Source: Rebecca billardiae RCC1528 (taxonomy: Eukaryota; Protista; Haptophyta). From it: 64,000 nucleotides of DNA. Position numbers and translations under genes: made by a program. Location: contig OZ251224.1 in NCBI GenBank assembly GCA_965240325.2, forward strand, positions 1,550,001 through 1,614,000, read 5' to 3'. Positions 58,134-64,000 of the stretch are shown piece after piece (position 1 is the first letter of the stretch; each line of letters starts with the position of its first letter). The notes below the pieces were generated by a model, which saw only the letters and a list, made by a program, of their open reading frames with translations, was not told the DNA's origin and searched no databases.

Positions 58134-59201
58134 CGTGGATTCGCGAGCCAGGGCGCGGGGCGGTCCTGGACTCCTGGTCGAGCTTCCGAGTTCCAAGCCG
58201 GACTTGTTTCCAGATGTCGATTTGCCTGGGCGATGGTGGCGGCGCCGCGCCGCCGCGCGGGCCGGCTGTCAGACGCGCGTAGGAGCCCGCGGCGCGCGCT
58301 CGGCCTGGCTCGCCGCCTGCTCGCCGCCTGCGCGCGCGGCACGCGGCCGGCGCGACCCAGGCGGCGCGCGGCGCGAGGTTCGCACGCCCGGCCGCGTGAG
58401 CGAGTCGGGCGCGTTCGGTCGGCGGCACCTTGGCGATCGTGTTCGTCACGGGCTGTAGCGAACCGGCTTCATTCGCATCGACGCCCGAGGCTGTGCGTCG
58501 CGCGCGTTCTGTGCCATTCTGCGGCAGTGCAGTGGCTGCTCTTATTGCGCACAGACGGCCGTTGGGCTTCGGGACGGGCGCTCTCGAGGGCGCTTGGCGG
58601 CGGATCCCGTGGCGGGCTGGGGCAGGCACGGCAGTCCGCCGTGTCCGCGCCCAGGTGACCTGAAGCGCAAAGTAATGTTGAGCATGGTGATGTGCTCTAT
58701 CCAACGATACCCCATGTGCGCAGTGCGCTTATCTGGCATACAAGTGTCGAAGTGATGCGAGTCGACAACTGTCGAAACACTTGTGGGGCAGTGGGCAGGT
58801 CACACACCAGTCGGCGGCACCGAGCGGATGGCCTGGACGCGTGGAAGAAGCTGCTCAGGTCCGCACATGTTGAAGGCAGCAGGGCTGTTCTGAGTGTTCA
58901 GCGGCTGATGCAGCCGGCGGTGGGTCACTACTCACTCGCCTGTAGTCACTATCTAATCCGTAGCGATTCTCACTAGCTGCGGGTACAGTAACAATGTCAA
59001 TGATTCTGACTCTGTCGACCGCGATCGCCCCGTGTCGAAGTTGTTGAGCCGACGCTGCGCACGGCGCCGCCGCTGCAACTCTGAGTCATGCTGCAAGGCG
59101 CCATCCTGCTGATGAGATTGCTCTCGCAGTGGCGTGCTTCTGCTTCGGCGCGAGCTGCTGTCAAGGGAGGGTGAGTCAGCCGGTCTGACGATCGAGTATG
59201 A

Positions 59202-60731
59202 CTAGCCCGGTGGCACTCGCCTGCGCCGGTCACGCTTCGGCTTCGACTTTGAAATTGAAGCCTGCTTCATCGTTGTAGTCGCCCGCATGCGCCCAAATGC
59301 GGCGCTGGCGGCACTCCCGCCATGAGGCTCCATCAAGATGGGTGGGCGCATCATCGTAGGGACAGGGGGCGCAGGTGGTCTCTCGACCATCCACCACTCG
59401 GGGCCAGCAGCGCGTGCATCGGTTGTGGCAGGCGTGCTGTACGGCGTGCGCGGACCACCAACGAGCCTGAGGAGCCATCGTGGCTCGTTATTCGTCGGGG
59501 CCGCGCGCTTTTGGCCCGGGCGTTGGACCCCCCACCACGAGCGCTCGTACGCGGCCGGTGATGCATGGTCCATGTTGCCGGACCAGAAGTCTGCGGTGGC
59601 AGTAAACTGTACCAGCGAGATGCCGATCCTGGCGAGAAGGGGCCCAACGAGAGATGCAGCCGGCATGATGCGTATCGCCGTCGACGCATTCCGGTACGCC
59701 TTCTCCAGGCCGCGCAGCGTACAGTCCGTGTCAATGGCGCGCGGCACTCTCTTGGAGAAAAGCGCACCTCCAATCGTATGGGTCAGCAGCGAGGGGTAGG
59801 TCATCTCGTTCACGATGAACGTGCCATCGGCGGCGATGAAGCAGTCGAGGCGGAAGAAGTCGGCCCCGAACGCCTCGCCGAGGGTGCGCGCCGCTCGCAT
59901 GAGATACGGTCGCATGGCCTGGAGGAGGCGGGCGATGCGCGGGCAGTCTAGCAGCCACCGCCCGCCGCCCGCGGACATGGGGTCGCACACCACGCGGCGC
60001 GCGTAGGTGCAGAAGGAGACGTACACGGCGCCGATCCGCTCGCCGCCAAGGGGTAGGACGATGCCCGAGCCTAGGAAGCGCCGACCGGCGTGGTCGAGCG
60101 AAACGTGCACCTTGAGCTCAAAATGCGACAGGGAGGCGGCCTTCTCTGCCTCGCGTGACGGTGTAAAGAGCGTTTGCACGAGCACGCCGCGGTGCTCATA
60201 CATCTGGCCCCAGGTACTCCACAGCCGGCCACCGGGGTTGCAGATGGAATCGCCAGCCTTGACGAGCTCGGCTCGGGACACCTCAGCGGGCTTGCGCACG
60301 ACGAGTACGTGCTCGCCGCCCGCATCAGTCAACGACTTGACCACGAAGCCGACGCCCGGCGATCTGCGGATGTGCGCAGCAACGGTGCTCAGGAAGTCCT
60401 GCCGGTTGTATCGCGGCCATGGGCCGAGCGCATGCGAGGCAAACGCGCCGTAGATGGTGCGCGCACAGGGCACATGGAGTGCCTGCATAACTGCGCCGCA
60501 CAGCAGCTTGTTCTCGAGCACGCCAAACGAAGCACCTCGTCGGAATCGCCTCAGCTCCCACCGGATGTGCGTCCAGTTACTGGTCGCCGGTATGACGTAG
60601 CCAGCTTGGTGAATTTCGGGAAAGAGCGAGAAGTCCGAGCTCACCACCGCATATGCCCGCACTTGGGCTACTTGGCAGGTCGCCCCCAGGGTGAGGAGCA
60701 CGAGCTGGGGCGCCCCGGTCCACGGCCGCAT
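59202..60731 (-). CDS. ATP-grasp fold protein (TupA-like) with hydrophobic N-terminus
   Basis: LENKLL, FVVKS, GVLVQ, ELKVHV and DFFRLDCF...FIVNEMT motifs occur in ATP-grasp order. Confidence 0.6.
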   Translation of the reverse strand: MRPWTGAPQLVLLTLGATCQVAQVRAYAVVSSDFSLFPEIHQAGYVIPATSNWTHIRWELRRFRRGASFGVLENKLLCGAVMQALHVPCARTIYGAFASHALGPWPRYNRQDFLSTVAAHIRRSPGVGFVVKSLTDAGGEHVLVVRKPAEVSRAELVKAGDSICNPGGRLWSTWGQMYEHRGVLVQTLFTPSREAEKAASLSHFELKVHVSLDHAGRRFLGSGIVLPLGGERIGAVYVSFCTYARRVVCDPMSAGGGRWLLDCPRIARLLQAMRPYLMRAARTLGEAFGADFFRLDCFIAADGTFIVNEMTYPSLLTHTIGGALFSKRVPRAIDTDCTLRGLEKAYRNASTAIRIMPAASLVGPLLARIGISLVQFTATADFWSGNMDHASPAAYERSWWGVQRPGQKRAAPTNNEPRWLLRLVGGPRTPYSTPATTDARAAGPEWWMVERPPAPPVPTMMRPPILMEPHGGSAASAAFGRMRATTTMKQASISKSKPKRDRRRRVPPG

Positions 60732-60941
60732 CGTTTCCGTGACCGTGACTCCCGACCTCGAAGAAATAATCCGACGAACGAACGAAATGCATGGCGAAAT
60801 GCATGGCGCGGCGGCAGAGCTGCTTGAATTCAGTTCGACGATGCTAGCAAGGCAGTTATAATTAGGCAGTGCACTGCTTGTACCTGGGACCACCCCATGG
60901 ACAGTGTTGGGCTTGTATGCTGTTGGCAATGGCATACCCCC

Positions 60942-61127
60942 GCCCCCTCTGGAGGCGGGCTGTCCACAGTGGAGTGGTGTCAAGGCACTTGGTGTCTCGG
61001 TCAGTGGTTTGAGGTTGGGTGAGGGTGGCGGTTGGTTGGGGGCTGGCCAGCCGGTAGGGCTGGAGGCCGTTCGGCCGCCCACGGTCTGATCACCCGGAGC
61101 CCGTTATAAAGCGGGGGATTTAAAAAA
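60942..61127 (+). mobile_element. Intact SINE-like repeat (~185 bp) ending TTTAAAAAA
   Basis: Paralog of the split copy at 28601-28762 plus 21723-21744; contains a single TTATAAA site. Confidence 0.55.
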
Positions 61128-61363
61128 GCTATAGCTGATGTACCATGGCAAGGGGCGCGGGTACCATAGTGACAACCGCGGTGTTGTAGTTACCATCGCG
61201 ACTTGCAGCCGTGGTCATCCTGGACCTGCTGATCCACGACGAATGCGATACGACACTGGGCCACACGGTGCGCACCGACCGCGACCGTGGGCGAGACCTT
61301 ACGCTGACACGACGATCAGCGCCCCCACTGCGTACCCGAAATCACTGTTGCCGAGCGCAGTCA

Positions 61364-63187
61364 TCATGCAAGGTTTGGGCCCGTCGCCATCGCAGCCGCA
61401 TCCGGCGGTGCCGCACCCGCAGCCGTGCGCGCGTTTGACGCAACGTCCGCGTCGTACGGCGCGGGTGGCTGCTCATCGCCAGACCCACCGACGCTGCCGC
61501 TCGCTGGCAGCGCAGCGAGCGACTCGTGCGGCGGGGTTGCAGCACCGAGCGGCTGGATGGTGACAGCATAGTCAGCAGCTTGCAGGCTCTCCTGCGCGCT
61601 GTCTGCAGCCACGAGGTGCGCGTCGCTTTGCCGGCCGCGCTGCCAGCCAGCCAGGCCTCCACGGCGGACACGAATCACGAGGACGAGCGCACCGACGGCC
61701 AAGAGGACGACGACGATGACCACGGCGACGACGGCGCCCGTGTGGTGCCGGTGCGAGTGCCGACGCACATCCTGCTGCGCCCACACGAAGCCGTGCCGCT
61801 TCGCCTGCTGGAAGAAGACGGCAAACGCGTCGCACTCGGTGCAGTTGTGCTTGAGCTGCGCGAAGGAGACGGTCGTTCGGAACTCCTTGTAACGCGCCAG
61901 GTAGCGCGAGTTCTGCCCGCAGTACGCGTCCGCGGTGCGAGCGGCCTCGCAGCACGCCGTCGAGCAGGCAATCGTCTCATTCGCGCCGTCGCCGCACGCC
62001 TCCTCGAACACCGCCAGCGGGCCGGAAGGCGGGCTCGTGGGCGCAAAGCACGGCATCTGGTCGCCGTGGCGGATCGCGACCAGCGGCATCTCCCCCGGCT
62101 GGCAGTGCGCCCACGGCTCGCCGACGTCGCACGGCTCGAAGCGCACGGCGGGGTCCATCGTGTAGCACCACGCGCCCGCGTGCCCGTCCGGGTTGCGGCA
62201 GTGGTTGTGCCCGCCCAGCCCGGCCCGAGGGTAGGTCGCGTGCGTGTCGCCGTGCACATGCGGCGCGCTCGACTCCCACGGTTGGCAGGCCTTGCCCGAG
62301 GCGGTCACGTTGACCGTGCCCCTGTAGTCGGAGGCGTCGGGCTCGGCGTAGCACTCGCCCGCGCCGTGGAAGCAGTCCTCGCCGTCCCAGCCGCACTCGG
62401 CCGTGTTGCACGCGCTGTCGCACTCGCCGTCGTCCACAAAGTCCTCCAGGCAGCCTGGGTTGCACCCACTGAACGTCTGGCAGTCCCCGCGGTCCCAGCC
62501 GCACGCGGCGTTGAAGCACGCGGAGTCGCAGTACCCGTCGCCTGGCCACGTGACGTGGCATCCGGGGGCGCACTTTGCGTCGTCACAGTCGCCGCCATCG
62601 TCGTAGCACCCAAGGGCCAGGCACTCCTGCACGAGCCGCGCGCAGGGGCGCGCCGACACAGGTCAAAGGCGCGCACGAGCAGAGACACGCGAGTGCGCGG
62701 CAGAGAAGGGGCGCGCGCGCACTTGTTGGCAGACACCGTCGCCGATGAGGTCACTGGAGCAGCCTGGCGCACACTGGTCGTTGGCACGAATCTCAGACTC
62801 GGCCAGCATGTACGCGCCGATCGTGTACTCAGACTCCTCAAAGCCGTAGACGGACATGTGCAACGTGCACGGCTCTGCGGTGCAGAAGAATGGCCGGCCG
62901 CGCAGGAAGACGGCTTCCTCGGTGCCGATGTCGTCCATCACCCAGCTGGCTGTCATGCTATCGGGCATGGGATACATGAACGACGCGTACACGTCCGGAT
63001 CGCCATAGGATGGGATGAGCCGGACCTTCACACCGGCCGCGTCCTCGGGCACGTTGACGGCGTAGTACTGGAAAGAGTCCTCATTGACGAAGGCGGAGCG
63101 CAAGGTGCCGGGCTCGAGCACTTGCTCCGAGCCTGTTGTGCTCGACGCGACGGCGAGGACGAGCAGGGCGAGGAGAGCGCGGGCCAT
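61364..63187 (-). CDS. Single-pass membrane protein: signal peptide, PPC-like domain, 3 LNR (Notch) repeats, kringle, TM (exons 63187-62723, 62626-61364)
   Basis: CAPGC..GDG.C...C...C..D.GDC three times; kringle DYRG..TASGKACQPW..HNHCRNPDG..AWCYT; TM AVVAVVIVVVLLAVGALVLVI; phase-0 intron at 62722-62627. Confidence 0.88.
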
Positions 63188-63352
63188 GGAAAGGCAAGTG
63201 TGCGATGGCGGGCGGGCGGAGGCCGGTCCGGGGTGGGCGGTCGGCGTGGCTCGTCGACGAAATCGTCGCGATCTTACTTCGATCTATCTAATAGTATGGA
63301 AATATTGTACCCCCATAGGCCCAGGGAGTCACGTGTACATGGCGACGCTCGC

Positions 63353-64000
63353 ATGGACGACCTCGACGTGACTGCGCTGCTGCCCGAGGGGCTGTCGGAT
63401 CGTTGGGTGCGCCTCTACGTCCGCCTTTGGCGTGACGCAGCAAGGCTCACCGCCGCCGACGGCCTCCCGCGCGCGGTGCACATCTCCCTCCTGCCAGATG
63501 GGAGTGTCCGTCTGACGGTGTCTGTGCGTCCGCCTGATGCACAAGGGCCTGATGCTTCTCCACAGGGAACCCCCGCTGGTGGCAGCCAGCGGCGCGAGGG
63601 AGGTGGTGGCGCGCCTTCTAAAGCTCCCCTGCATCCCGCCCCGCGCCGAGCGCGCAAGTCGGCTCCGCCGGCGCGCGCGCTCGCCGCGCAGGGCTCGGGT
63701 ACTGGAGTGCAGGCTGCAAACGGCGAGCAGCAGCACTCTCAGAAGCGGAAGAAGAAGCCTCGGCGCGGGAAGCGCGGGCCTCGGCGTGACGCGCAAGGCA
63801 GGCGGATTCGATCTCCATCGAGCCGCCGCACCTCGTCGCGGCGCGCCGTCGAGAAACGCCAGGAGCGCAAGGCGGCGCGGCTGGCGGCCTCTCTGCCCGC
63901 AGCACCTGCGCCTGCTCCAGCTGCTGTCCCCCACGCGGACCGAGACTCGTCCATGGACGACGACTCGGACGACGAGGATGCGCAGCAGTCGGGGGCAAAG
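63353..64000 (+). CDS. Hypothetical basic protein, 3'-truncated by window edge
   Basis: Frame from ATG 63353 is open to the end of the window (MDDLDVTALL...KRKKKPRRGKR...DDDSDDED); no recognised domain. Confidence 0.45.
   Translation, partial: MDDLDVTALLPEGLSDRWVRLYVRLWRDAARLTAADGLPRAVHISLLPDGSVRLTVSVRPPDAQGPDASPQGTPAGGSQRREGGGGAPSKAPLHPAPRRARKSAPPARALAAQGSGTGVQAANGEQQHSQKRKKKPRRGKRGPRRDAQGRRIRSPSSRRTSSRRAVEKRQERKAARLAASLPAAPAPAPAAVPHADRDSSMDDDSDDEDAQQSGAK

Overview
GC-rich eukaryotic nuclear DNA, probably from a haptophyte-type alga. This is inferred from short GC-rich GT-AG introns, a violaxanthin de-epoxidase-like gene and compact head-to-head gene pairs. About 17 protein genes are supported: a RAP-domain helical-repeat protein, a membrane-anchored flavodoxin-like protein, a SIM-bearing PARP, a TRAF zinc-finger protein, a nucleotide-sugar transporter, PUS3, a Ser/Thr kinase, LSM6, an LRR protein, PP2C, UDP-glucose pyrophosphorylase, a GH27 alpha-galactosidase, a GT31/fringe-like transferase, a giant LRR/RanBP2-ZnF/FG/ankyrin protein, VDL, an ATP-grasp protein and an LNR-kringle receptor; one further ORF is truncated at the right edge. 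The most striking non-coding structure is a pair of giant palindromic (foldback) elements at 21745-28600 and 30718-39685. They share a homologous internal core, including a 214-bp satellite, but carry unrelated transposon termini (CAG..CTG with a TTTATAA target duplication versus CACTA). The window also holds Helentron/HINE-like elements, a SINE-like repeat that supplies the empty target site, a family of short elements ending in GTAAACTGTA, and a pervasive micro-duplication mutation signature in non-coding DNA.
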